Source of the DNA: Lama guanicoe
Lineage: Eukaryota
Assembly (NCBI GenBank): GCA_013239625.1
Contig: MU054338.1
Coordinates: 1,056,001 to 1,120,000 of the forward strand
DNA length: 64,000 nucleotides
Direction of reading: 5' to 3'
Positions 1 through 11,500 of the stretch are shown here, piece by piece (position 1 is the stretch's first letter; every line of letters starts with the position of its first letter). A program made the position numbers and the translations under genes. A model generated the notes under the pieces. The model was given only the letters and a program-made list of their open reading frames with translations. It was not told the origin of the DNA and made no database searches.

Positions 1-769
1 CACTTGATTGGAGGAGGGGGAGGCAGGTGGCAAAGGGGAGACCCACATCCTTCTTCCTTCCCATCTGGACCAGTCAACCCTTGCTTCTGTCTTGCCCCTG
101 CCAGGACTTGCTGAGCGACCTTGGGCAAGTGGCTTACCTTCTCTGAATAAACAGAAAGGCAAATCCCTGACTTAAAGAATTATCATAAGGATTAAAAGAT
201 GCGGCACATGTAAGACCCTCAACGTGCAAAGCTCTTGCAAGCTTTCCAAAGAGTATTTGTATCTCTGTCCCTCCTGTAAATGCATAGTCAGTTCATGAGT
301 AAATTGCTAAATGAATGAATGAATGCATGCATGAGGGAATAAATGAATTGAAGATTACAACAGGCGGGCAAGAAGGGCTTCTCTCAGAATATAAAGGCCT
401 GGGCTGAGTTTTGAGTCTTCCCTGGCCTTGCTGCCTGAGACTCAGTTTTCCCTTGAAAGAATGGGTGATGTGGCCTCCTCCCTGTGACCCTTGCAGGCTG
501 GCCAACTTCCAAAGAGATGGGAGGTCAAGGCAGTTTCTGGCACTTCCTTCCAACATTTCTTTATGCAAATAAAATATGAACAAATGTTCTCACTCCCCCC
601 CCATTCGGTATATAAGTCTGCCTGGTACACTGTTCATCCCCTAGGTTTACCTCACCGAGTGCTAGGATTGCATTTCCTTTCTTGTACAGCTGTTTGTTTT
701 TCCAGGAGTTAGTGGTTGCCAATCACAAACTCCTCCTACATTCCCCAACGAAATGGAAAACCAACACAT

Positions 770-1800
770 GTTAGGACATCTTCCCTTCCACTTCCCTTGG
801 TGCTCCTGCTCTGATATGGGTGGGTGGCCTTGAAGCCTTTTCCTGCAGTCTTTCAGGCTCTCCCCTCTTCCCTTGGGGGACCTCTTTTCCCTTTCTTCTA
901 GGATGAATCACATTTCCTGAATCCCACAGCTTCCTTTTTTTATTTACTTCCTCATTGTGACGGGACACATCCTCTAGTAGCTTTCTGAGAAAGGGTGCAC
1001 AGAAGTCAACTTCAGAAGACCTTGAAAGTTTGACTATATCTTCATTCCACCTTCATGCTTGATGTTTGGCAGGGCACAAAATTCTCGCTGAATATAGTTT
1101 TCCTTCAGAATTTTGAAGGCCCAGTTCCACTGGCTCCTGATTTTTGAAAGGCCCCAAGCTACTCTGATACTTAGTCCTCCAAATGGCATGTGGCTTTCCT
1201 CTCCGAGAATTTTCACGATCTTCTCTTCATCCTGGATCCCTGACATTTCACAAGGATGAGTCTCAGGGAGTGTCTTTTTTCATTCATTGAGCTAAGTATT
1301 TCCTGGACTCTTTTAAACTAAACTCTCATGTCTTCCAACCATGGATTTTTTTTTCATTATTTCTTTGGGCTTCTCTTCCTCGAGTTCTGGGTGGCCGCCT
1401 GCTCAGATGATAAACCTGCTCAATTCATCCTCTAACTGTGTCGCCTTTCCCTCATTTTCCATCTCGGCATCCGCGTGTCGTATTTCCAGGGATATTTGCT
1501 TAACTTTATGCTGCAATCCTTACATTGACTTTCTTCCAGCTATTCTATGTTTAAATTCTAAGAGCATTGCCTTACCCTTCTGTTGCCCTTTTTGTTGAAC
1601 AAAACCCCATCCCTGTTTCACGAGCACGGTGTTTTTACATCCAAGAACATGACTGATAACTTTGCCTGATTTGCCTGTTTCGTCTGCGAGGATGGTCCTC
1701 CAGTTCTACCATTTTTCTCACCTGCTGTCTCTCTCCTTCATTAGCTGCTCTTCTGGAATATCCAGTAACCTCCGGCGATCACTCTTGCTTGATCATGAAA
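770..1800 (-). mobile_element. Old LINE-1/HAL1 ORF1-region relic
   Basis: Minus-strand translation KIRSQWNWAFKILKENYIQREF...IKHEGGMKI (1034-1246) resembles the L1 ORF1p C-terminal domain (recalled as RRQWxxIFKxLKExNxQPRI...KxEGEIK). The + strand is T-rich. Boundaries are approximate. Confidence 0.65.
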
Positions 1801-2562
1801 CCTGAAACAGACAATTAGAAGCCTGTGTGTTCCAGTTCAGAGGGATCCTGGGACAGAAGTGGTACCTCAGTTCACACAGGGGAACCCATTGTCCCTGAGA
1901 AACCAGCCACAGTGCAGGGACATTCATCTATTCTTGCAGATACGTGTGGACAATGATCTGGCACGCCATCTGGTTTGGAATGTTCCAGAACCGAAAAGGC
2001 CAGCTCGGCATGTGGTCCCAGCAGGCCACCAGCCACTCCTGGGGGTGACAGAGTCGCTGGGCATCTTTTCCACCCACCAGCCCCCATAGCACTGAGAGGA
2101 GGGGTCCCTTGGGGGCCGGGGCAAGGAAGAGCAGGACCACAGGCCCCAGCCCAGCTCCACCACCCTGAGATGCTGCTGCCCACCCCCCACAAGCACCCAC
2201 TGACCACGAGGTGGCTTCCTGCAGCCTTCTCTATGCTCCACGTCAGGTGGCCCCAGGAGAGGGAGGTCTTGCACCCCTCTCTAATCCTCCCAGCTGCAGA
2301 GGGTCCCCTGGGGACTTGAGGGCAGCCAAGCCTCAGTCTCAGGCTGCTGTCAGGGGGAGGCCAGAGCAGGGACTCAAATATCAGAATCAGGCAATGGACA
2401 CAAATGTTAGCCTAATACAGGGTCCCTAAGCTGGTAAGGCCTCAGAGGACAGCCCAGGGAAGGAGGCATGGACTGTCACACCTCTTCTGAAAACCTTACT
2501 ATCCCATCATTCCAGGGAGATGTTACTGGGGCTTGGGGTACACCCCCAAGGACCTATTAATT

Positions 2563-2617
2563 TTTTTATTGAAGTATAGTCAGTTACAATGTGTCAATTT
2601 CTGGTGTACAGTGCACT
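2563..2617 (-). mobile_element. 55-bp 5'-truncated LINE-1 3' end with a perfect 15-bp target-site duplication
   Basis: tttttattgaagtatagtcagttacaatgtgtcaatttctggtgtacag is an antisense L1 3' terminus, flanked by aaggacctattaatt at 2548-2562 and 2618-2632. Confidence 0.8.
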
Positions 2618-3156
2618 AAGGACCTATTAATTAACCATTTCTTTCACCCAAGTCTACACTGAGCCAAAAACTCACATGTAGAGTTTCCATGTCATTTCCC
2701 CCAACACCCCCAGGTGTGGGCGGCAGAAGGGAGGGCAGAAAGTCACCAGCACTGGGTGTTTTACTCTTCCAGGTCCGGATTCTTGGCGGGGAGGGATGGG
2801 GGATATGAGGCTGGGGAGGGGGGGCTAGCATGCAGAAGGGGCTTGGGGGGGTGACCCATGTCTGTGCAGGTGCGCTCACACTGTGTCTCCTCTAGGGCGG
2901 CCCCCCTCCCTTGCCATTACTGCTTGTCTCTTCCGCCTTCTTCCTGCCTCCTGGTCTCTTTCTGTGTCTCCCTGTCCCTTTCGGCCTGTCCCCCTGTTGT
3001 CTCTCCCTCTACCTCTCGGGTTTCCCCGTATTTCTTTTTTTTCCTGGCGTCTCCCTCTGTCCCTCTCTGCTTTGGGATGTGTCCGTCTTTCCTGTGTCGC
3101 CTGTCTTCTTCCGTCCGGCCGCGCGGTGGCGCTGCGTCCCTCTCGCCCGCCCGTAG

Positions 3157-3449
3157 CCTGCAAGCGGAAGGAGCAGGAGCAGCAGAAGGAGCGCGCGCTG
3201 CAGCCCAAGAAGCAGCGCCTGGTGTTCACCGACCTGCAGCGGCGCACGCTGATCGCCATCTTCAAGGAAAACAAGCGGCCGTCGAAGGAAATGCAGGTCA
3301 CCATCTCCCAGCAGCTCGGCCTGGAGCTCAACACTGTCAGCAATTTCTTCATGAACGCGCGGCGCCGCTGCATGAACCGGTGGGCGGAGGAGCCCGGTGC
3401 GGCCCCCGGGGGCCCTGGCGGCGCCTCCGCCACCTTCTCCAAGGCCTGA
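3157..3449 (+). CDS. ONECUT3: One cut homeobox 3, last coding exon (homeodomain); the upstream CUT-domain exon lies outside the window
   Basis: Acceptor ccgtag|CC at 3156/3157. Translation ACKRKEQEQQKERALQPKKQRLVFTDLQRRTLIAIFKENKRPSKEMQVTISQQLGLELNTVSNFFMNARRRCMNRWAEE...ATFSKA* carries the ONECUT-type FFMNARRR homeodomain helix. Stop TGA at 3447-3449. The adjacent ATP8B3-REXO1-KLF16 order matches. Confidence 0.97.
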
Positions 3450-6400
3450 GCCCCGCCCCGCCCCGGCCCTGCGCCCTCTCCTCCTCCACGGCCTGGGCGC
3501 TGCCCCCCCACGTCCCCCCAACCCCTACCCTGTCGGCCCGGAGACCCGCCTCAGGGGGCGCCTGGAGGGGGTGCCGTCCGAGCCCCCCGCACCCAGGGAA
3601 GGGACGCAGCACACCCCCAGCCCCAGTGCACAAAAAGGGCCCCCTCCTCCCTCCATCCCAATCCCCTTCAGGCCAAAGGAAGCCCTCCACCCACCCCGGA
3701 GGGAAGGGGGTGACAGAAAAGGAGTTCCTCAGCTCCCTTTCCATTCAGGACGCTCAGGGGGGCCTCGAGGAAAACCAGGGCTCACGTGTCGTCCCGAAAG
3801 CGGGTCAGGAAGCACATACTAGAAACATAAACCGGGTATTAAAAAAAGGAATTTAAGGAATAACCCCTCCTTCGCCAGTCCCCGCCCCCACGGAGCGGTC
3901 CTCCGCAGACCCTTCCTCGAGAACCCAGCCTCTCCAAAGTCGCCAAAGCCCACGTCGAGCTGGATCTTCGCAGTGCCCCCACCCGCACCGAGACGACCCT
4001 GATCCGCCGGCAAGAACCCAGCCGCCCCTCCCGGCGGCCAGGATTCCTTGTGCCAAGAATTGCCTGCCTTAACGTCTGGGGAGGGGCCTGCCGCGGAGAC
4101 CGCCCAGCACCCACAGGCGAGCCCCCTGCCCCACCCTGTCCCAGACTGGAGGGGACGGCAGCTCAAACAAGCGGGTAATTCCAGACCCCTCCCTCCCCGC
4201 ACCTTCTGCCCATTCACTTTACCGCCTAGGCACCTTGATGAATGACACACAGGAAGAGACCGACCCCAGGAAACAGAAGAAAACACCCAGATTCCACGGA
4301 GAAACGGGCCCAGGGAGAGCAGGAGCGCACCTGAGCCCCTGCGTGTCGCGGCGTCGCTGTCTGCTCCGGACCCTCGAACTCATGCCCACCTTTTCGCGCC
4401 GGGAGGACCGCGCTGGGCCTGCAGGGGCGCAGGGGTGGACCTGTGCTCGCTGCTTTCTCTCCAAAGAGAGAAAGAAGATGATAAACGAGGTGGAATCTGC
4501 TTGCTCCGATTTTTGCCAAAAAAAAAATGACAAAGGGGAAGGAAGGATCAGAAATGAATTAGAGCACCTCCCCCTCCCTCCTCCTGCTCGCCTTGTCCGG
4601 GTGACCTCCAGGACTGGCCGGCAGCTGGATCCCAAGAGCCCGTCGCCCAGGGCTCAGGGGCTGGAGACTAGAAGGAATTCTCCCCCCCAAAACCCGCCCG
4701 GACCGCTGCCTCCCTGGGAGGTGGCTACCCCTCCCCCTTTGAGAATGCAAGAGACATCTCTAGTGAAGTGCCCCTCCCCCTCCCCAGGTAAAGGCTACCT
4801 CACTCAAATGTTCACGTCGGTGATTGGAGAAATCACGCCTGATACCAAAGATTTCCCCCAAGGACTTGTGCTGGATGCTAGGATTCCCTGGCTTCGGAGC
4901 CGCGGGTGCGTGAGGGTCTGCCTTGGGCCCTTCCCCCCAGGTGCCCCGCCCCCCACCAGAGAGAGCAGAGAGAGTGCGAGAGCGAGAGAAAGAGAGAGGA
5001 GGGCGCGAGCGAGAGGGCGAGGGCGAGGGCGGCGAGGTCGATGAGTGCCTTTTTCTTGAACCAAAGACGTGTGTGTGATGCTCTCTTGTCCTTATCGACT
5101 CGCTGTTCTCCCCGATTTTCGAGCAGCTGGATCTGAGTGATGCTTCTAGAACCTTTGGGCGTTGGGGCAGAGTGCTAAGGGTCCCCGTTCCCGCTCAGCA
5201 GCCACCCTCCCTCAGACTCACGCACCGCGCATGCGCGCGCGCTCGCCGGCCGCTGTCCTTTCCGCGGCGTCCCCGGGCGCCGGGCGCTGGGGTCCGGGTG
5301 GACGCCGCCCCTCCCTCCACCTCCCACTAACACCTGGCCCCACTGGACAGAACACCTGCTTGCAGGGGACAGAGCTTCCCCACGCCCTCTGCCGGGCCCG
5401 AGTCCAAGGTCCGTCCCCTGCCGGAAAGTCAGGAAGTGACTTGGGGTCCTTCTCTTTATGGTGAACAGCGGTGGGGTCATCGGGCCGGACTGACACCAGT
5501 CACAGAAGCATCCTTATCAGACACCCTCGGACTACACACGCACGCCCGTGGGCACAGGTACACGCACACACGCACACGCCAGCCCCCCACCTGCCCCCAG
5601 CCCCCAGGCGCCCCGCCCTGTCGCCCCACACCCGGCTGGCTGTCACCTACCAAAGACCATCTCCGCACGGGGAATGACACCTCCAGCACAGCTCCTTCGA
5701 GCCTTTGACAATTTTCTCTGAAATACCTCAAGATATTTAATGTATAGTTTATGTGATTTAAAAAAATCCTTAGCTAGTTTTTGGAATACGTGACTTGAAG
5801 CTTTATACCGTTAAATTATAATTTTGCAGACGATGGTATGTCGTTTCTGTGATGAGTTCCGTGGGAGACATATTGAATGTCAGGGCAGCGGGATCTGGGT
5901 GGCCAGTGGTCAGAAGCAAAAGGAGAGGGAGGGAGGGAGGGAGAGAGAGAGAGAGAGGGAGAGAGAGAGACACTGAGCACCAGGAAGGACCAGCGGCGTT
6001 TACAGACCTTATTTCAATGAGTCCTTTAGGAAAGAGAGAAGGGAGAACGAGAGGGAGACCTTTCTGTTCTCTGGCGTGTTCTGTTTCTCGTTTTTTGGAG
6101 TCATGTCTTACAAGAGTATTTATTATTCTATGTGTTCTGTGTTCAGATGTAATTTAAGAAAAAAAAAGGAAGAAAAATGAAAAAAAAGACGCAATGGAAT
6201 TTGATTTGATGCATGACTAATGTACTTTTTCTTGAAGATAATGTGCTACGTGGGAAGGGTGGGAGGTGGGGACTGGGCCGTGGGGCCGGAGCCCCGGATT
6301 CTCTGTCGCATCTTGTGTTTCATGCCCCAGCGGGTGCTGTTCGGTGCTCCTTGTCGCTGCTCTGTTCCGTTCCCATTCCCAGGGATCTGTGTCCCGCCGT

Positions 6401-7480
6401 CAGTGGGCGCAGGAGGAAGGCGACAGCCCTGGGGCCTGACCGCCCACACCCCAGTCTCCACCTCCCTGTGCCGGTGGACGGGGACCCAGGCCTCCTGTTC
6501 CTGGTCTTTGGGCACGAGTGAGTGTCACTGCCACCTGGGCCCCCCGACCTGGTCGGCTTCACCTTAGCATGAATTCCCAAGTGTCTTGTTCAGAGGAGAG
6601 AGACAATCAGCCAATTCGAGTCTTGTCGCCCAGGGTCGGGGAGGGCAGGGTGTCCCCAGCTTCCCAAGATCTGAAGGGCCCTCCTAAGACACCCTCTTGG
6701 CAGGCACCTGCCCAGGCCCCACCCAGCCACCCCAGCCTCCTCCGCCCTGGCAGGGCCCAACTTCACCTTCCCGTCTGGCCCAGGAGGTGAGGGGTGCCTG
6801 CCTGTGGAGTCCTCCCTCCTAGCCCACGCTGGGACCTTAGGGAACAGAGGGGCCCCCAAAACACCATGAAAGGGGGCTCGGGGACAGTCTCCCAGCCTGT
6901 GACACCACTTCTGCCAGAGGCCCCACACTCCCACCAGGGGAGAGCCCACTTTCCAGGATGGGGGGCCAGATAGGGGGGACTAGGGTAGCCGAAGGTGGCC
7001 CCTCATACCCTGAGGGGCAGGAGGCCCCACTGGAGGGCTGGGCCTGGGGCGCAGGTCCAACCCACCAGAAATGAGGGTGGGGGAGGGACGTGTTCCATGG
7101 TCCCGCACTTGGGCCACTTCACAACTTGGACCACTTCACGGTCTATGCCCAAAGCAGTTCCAGCTCCCTGGGCTCGTCTTGAGGCCCAGGCAGACACCTG
7201 CTCCCAGGTCTTTGGGGGGATTCTCTCAGCCAAGAGGCCACGTGGCCCTGAGTGTGTGATCACAACTGGATACCAGGGCTGCTTTTAGAGGAGACACTAT
7301 TTGGGTCATCCAAAGTCCTCCTTCGCAGCCCCCAGAGCTAGAGGGAACAGAGGCCCTCTCCACCCCACCCTCAGGCGACAGGCTTAAAAGTTAGAAAAAA
7401 AAAAAAAACCATCATCATTGTTAACCATTGCTATGCTGGATTTGTTTTTTTTTTCTCCAATAAATTATTTTCTATTCTCC
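3450..7480 (+). other. ONECUT3: Probable ~4 kb ONECUT3 3'UTR ending after AATAAA at 7459-7464
   Basis: Follows the stop codon, contains AU-rich blocks (5730-5850, 6110-6245) and several miRNA seed matches. AATAAA at 7459-7464 is followed by G-rich sequence. The 3' end is approximate. Confidence 0.7.
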
Positions 7481-8077
7481 CATCTGGGCTCGTGCATTGG
7501 CTGATGGGTGGGGGGAGGGGAGTTGGGGCTGGGAGTGGGGTGGGAGCCTGTGCAGGAGCGGGAGGCATGGTGCTAACCCCCCACAAAGGGGGCAGGGAAA
7601 GAGGATGTGGGCCTCTCCCACGAGGGCCTCCCGGAGCCCCCACCCCCACAGGAATCCACCCTCCACAGGGCCTTGGAGCCCCCCAGCTCGGACTCGGATC
7701 CTGTCTCTTTCTGGAGTCTAAAGTAGAAGGTGGTTTGAGCACAAGAAACCAGGGCAGCCTGGTGGAGGAAGAGGCTGGGCAGTGCCGGAAGTGGACCTCA
7801 TAAACTGCCCCGGGAGCGGCCAGCAGGCAGCAGCCAGAAACCAGAGCTGGCAGGCAGAATCTGCTTAGCACCTTTCTCCCTTCTGAGAGCATGTTACTGA
7901 GCCCAGGGTGAAGAAAAATCTCAAGTAAAAACCCAGCTTTCCCTGCAAATCCCTCATCAGGCCACTAGAGGTCAGTGTTTTGATTTTTAAAACCAGGAAA
8001 GACTATCTGGTGAGGCATCACAAAAAGTACAGGAAAAGAGGGAGCCTTGAGGAGCCCTGGGGTCAGACGGACCCTGG

Positions 8078-8083
8078 TTTATT
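8078..8083 (-). terminator. ATP8B3: ATP8B3 polyadenylation signal AATAAA
   Basis: tttatt on the + strand about 430 nt past the ATP8B3 stop codon. Confidence 0.7.
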
Positions 8084-8516
8084 AGACAGAGAAAAGCGTG
8101 TGGAGTCCCGTCTTCGGGCGGAGGCCTCATGATCGCTGGGTGACACTTGCTAGGCCTGGGCAGTCACTGCTCCTCCTCAGGCAAGGGTGGCTGTCCTGCT
8201 GGATCAGGTAGAACCTGGCTCCCCACCGGCCCTGGCAGCCCCTCCCTGGGTGACGGCTGCCTCTCCACCGGCGAGGGCTCCGCTTTCATCAGCTGCTCAT
8301 TTGTGGATGATTCTCCCACGTTTGGTGGCAGCGTTTCCACCAGAGCAGTGAGGGTCGAGTTGGGAACTGGCACCGTCCCCTCCTGGGGGCGCCTGGGCTG
8401 CTCCTGCCAGCTGTGTGCCCGGGCCTTCCAGGACAGCTTCGGGAACTTTCAGGCGGATGTCTTCTCTGCAGGGGTATTGACTGGCTCTTCAAAGACGGCT
8501 GGCTGGAAGGCAGAGA

Positions 8517-11500
8517 CTAGTTCTCAGCTGTCACCTGGCTCTCTCTGGGGGACAGTGGCTTCTCCTGAAGGGAAGGTGGCCTCTCCTTGGTTGGTGGCAG
8601 ACTCTCAGGAGGAGAATGTGGCCACTGCTCATATGATAGTGACTCCTCCTGCCTCTTCAGCAACTTCTCCTGGAAAGACCCAGATTGGCGGTTCAGGGTG
8701 AGGGCCGAGCTTTCAGTGGGAGAGGACTGGTTCTCCTGAGAAAAGAGCTGTCCATCCACAGTCGCGGATGAGCTTGCCTCGGAGGCAGGCTGCACCTCCA
8801 CGGAGGGCACCTGCCCCCAGTGCCGGTGCTTCTTCCTCCCCAGGAAAGACATCTTCCTGGGGTACCAGGGTGACTCCTTGGTGCTTGTGGACAGTTCATC
8901 AGATGGCATCGTGTGGTCAACCAGCATGTCGCTGTTGACTCCTGGTGACCTCCTCAGAATTGTGCCCTGCGTGATGAGGTCCGCGTAGCCCTCCCGGTGG
9001 GAGAAGGCATAGCTGGATCGCCGGGCCCGAGACTCCCGGTGAATGAAGGCCATGGGCTCCACGGTGATGATCTCCTCGCTTGGGGCCGCCTCCTCCTCCT
9101 CCTCAGGGCAAAGGGGAGAGCGAGAGTCATCAGGCTTCCAAGCTACGTCCATCACTTTTAGGTCACCTGCCCCCCCACCCCCCCACCCCGTGTGGGCCAT
9201 TCAGAGCCCTTGGCCACCAATCTCTGGCCAGGCTCTTTTCCTCCCAAGTCGACCCAACAGAGTCCACCCTGGGGCCTGACTTTGCACCAGCCAATCAGAA
9301 TCCTTCCCTGGGACTTAACTTTGCGCCAGTCACCAAGCACCTTGGGCACCTTCTGTTGGCAAAGCCAAGAGAGGAGAGCCTGGGGCAGCCCCATGTCCAA
9401 CCTGTGTGCCTGAAGATGGCAGGTTGGTGGCCCTGTGCTAATCCACCACTCCAGTCACTTCTGGGGCCCATCCCAGCTGCAGCTCATCCTTCAAGGTTTT
9501 GGTTCCATGAACCACTAAGTCCTCTCTCCCAACTTTTTCCATTGTGGTAAAACACACGTAACATAAAGTGCACCATCTTAACCACTTTAAACTGCACAGC
9601 TCGGTGGCCTTAAGCACATTTACACTGTTGTGCAACCCTCCCCACCACCATCTCCAGAACTTTCTCATCTTCCCAAACTGAAACTTTGTCCCCATTAAAC
9701 ACTCACTCCCCCTCCCCTCCCCCAGCCACCACTGTCTACTTCCTGTCTCTATGGATTTGACTCCTCCAGGGACCTCCTGTGAGTGGAATCAGACAGTATT
9801 TGTCCTTCTGTGTCTGGTTCTCTCACTGAGTATCATGTCCTAAAGGTTCATCCACATGGTAGTGAGTATCAAAATTTCCCTCCTTTTTAAGGCTGAGTAA
9901 TACTCCACTCTGTGTATGTACCACATTTTGTTCACCCATCACCCACCAATGAACACTGGGGTTACTCCTAAATTTCCTTTTTGTTGACACCGTTTCCAAG
10001 TCGCTCCTGTCACGGGGACCCCAAGCCCTAGTGACTTCACGGCAGGGTCCAGCCACATCAGCTCTGGCCCTTTGAGTGCTCCTGCTGCCTCCACCCCAGG
10101 AAGTGTGGCTTCCCCTCTGGGGTCCCGGGACCTGCCATTTGGTTCCCTGGGGGCACTGGGGGTGTGTCTGGGTCTCCATCCCTTGCACCCCAGGCCCAGA
10201 GTCTCCTTGGGGTCCCGCATGTGTGGTGGGGACCACTGTCCCTCACCTTGGGCCGCGGCTTCTTGAGGGCTTGGTAGATGACGCGGAAAGCTAGCACGGG
10301 CAGGGTGCTCAGTGACACATTCAGCAGGATCACCAGCAGGACGGGGGGCTGAGATAGCACGTTGAGGTCAGCGTCTGGTGACAGAGAAGGGTCATGGCCA
10401 GCTTGGGGTGGAGCCTCCTCAGAGCCTGCTCAGTGCCCCTCCCTCAACACTCCATCTCCCTCCCCTCCCTTCACCGTAGACACCTTGACGCAAATTCCCG
10501 AAAGACACGGACGCCCCCTCTATATGGCCACCCCCCCAACCTGCATGGCCACGGAGACCGAGGCTCAGAGAGGGGCAGAACGGGGCTCCGACTTAGGCCC
10601 CTCACCCCCTCCCCGCTGGGGGCTCACACTGAAACGGGAAGGTCTTGGGGGAGATTGTGAAGAGCCAGGAGCTCTGGGTGGCCCAGGTCATGACCGTGTA
10701 GAAGCAGAGGCTGAAGAAGATGGACAGCACGGACAGGACTGTCCAGTACTTGATGATGAGGATGACCTGAACATGGAGGGGCGTTAAGACGGGGGGGCAC
10801 GAACCCGGAGTGGGGCTCATGGGGACGGGGCGGCCCAGCCCCCAGGGTCCAAGAAGGGGCAGGTCACCAGGCGGGGAGAACTCAGTGGCCGACGAGGCCC
10901 CGGGGGTCAGGCAGGCGGGCAGCCACACCCACCTCCGTGGTGATGGACACCAGCCCCGACAGGGCCACGACCACCGAAAAGGACTGGTAGTCGCTGAAGC
11001 TGACAGGCCCGGCCGAGTCACGGGTGACCCACAGGGTCACGAAGAAGTTGACGAGGGAGGTGGCCATGCCGTGGGTGATGGCTTGAAGGAAGACCCAGTA
11101 GTTGAAGAGCTCGTCCTTCTGACCCGCAGCGTACAGCTCAGGCAGCTCCAAGCTCTGCTCAGCGCTCACATCCTGGTGGCTCAGGGGCCAGGGAGGCCGG
11201 CTCTTGGGACCAAGTGGGGACAACCCCCACCCGACCTGGGTCCCCCCGGAGGAGGAGGTGGGGCAGAGACAGGAGCGTCTACAGGGAGGGAGGTGACAAG
11301 ACCCACAGATGCTCACCTGCTCAAAGAGTCCAATGTAGAGAGCCGGGAGGGTGCTGTACAGCAGGTTGAAGAATGCCAGGAACCAGCCTTCATAGAGGGG
11401 CTGGGGGAGGGGGGAGGGAGAGCATAGTGAGCCTTCAGGGTCAAAGACCAGAAACAGAAGCGTCTTCCCCTGCAGAGAGCCACCCAAGCTAGCTCGGCAC

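Noticed and set aside
2858..3856. 332-aa ORF overlapping the ONECUT3 exon in another frame
   Set aside because: It consists of an A-poor intronic pyrimidine tract plus GC-rich out-of-frame sequence, is low-complexity, and has no recognisable domain.
4235..5044. 269-aa ORF within the ONECUT3 3'UTR
   Set aside because: It has no recognisable domain, runs through homopolymers and a GA repeat, and long stop-free frames are expected at this GC content.
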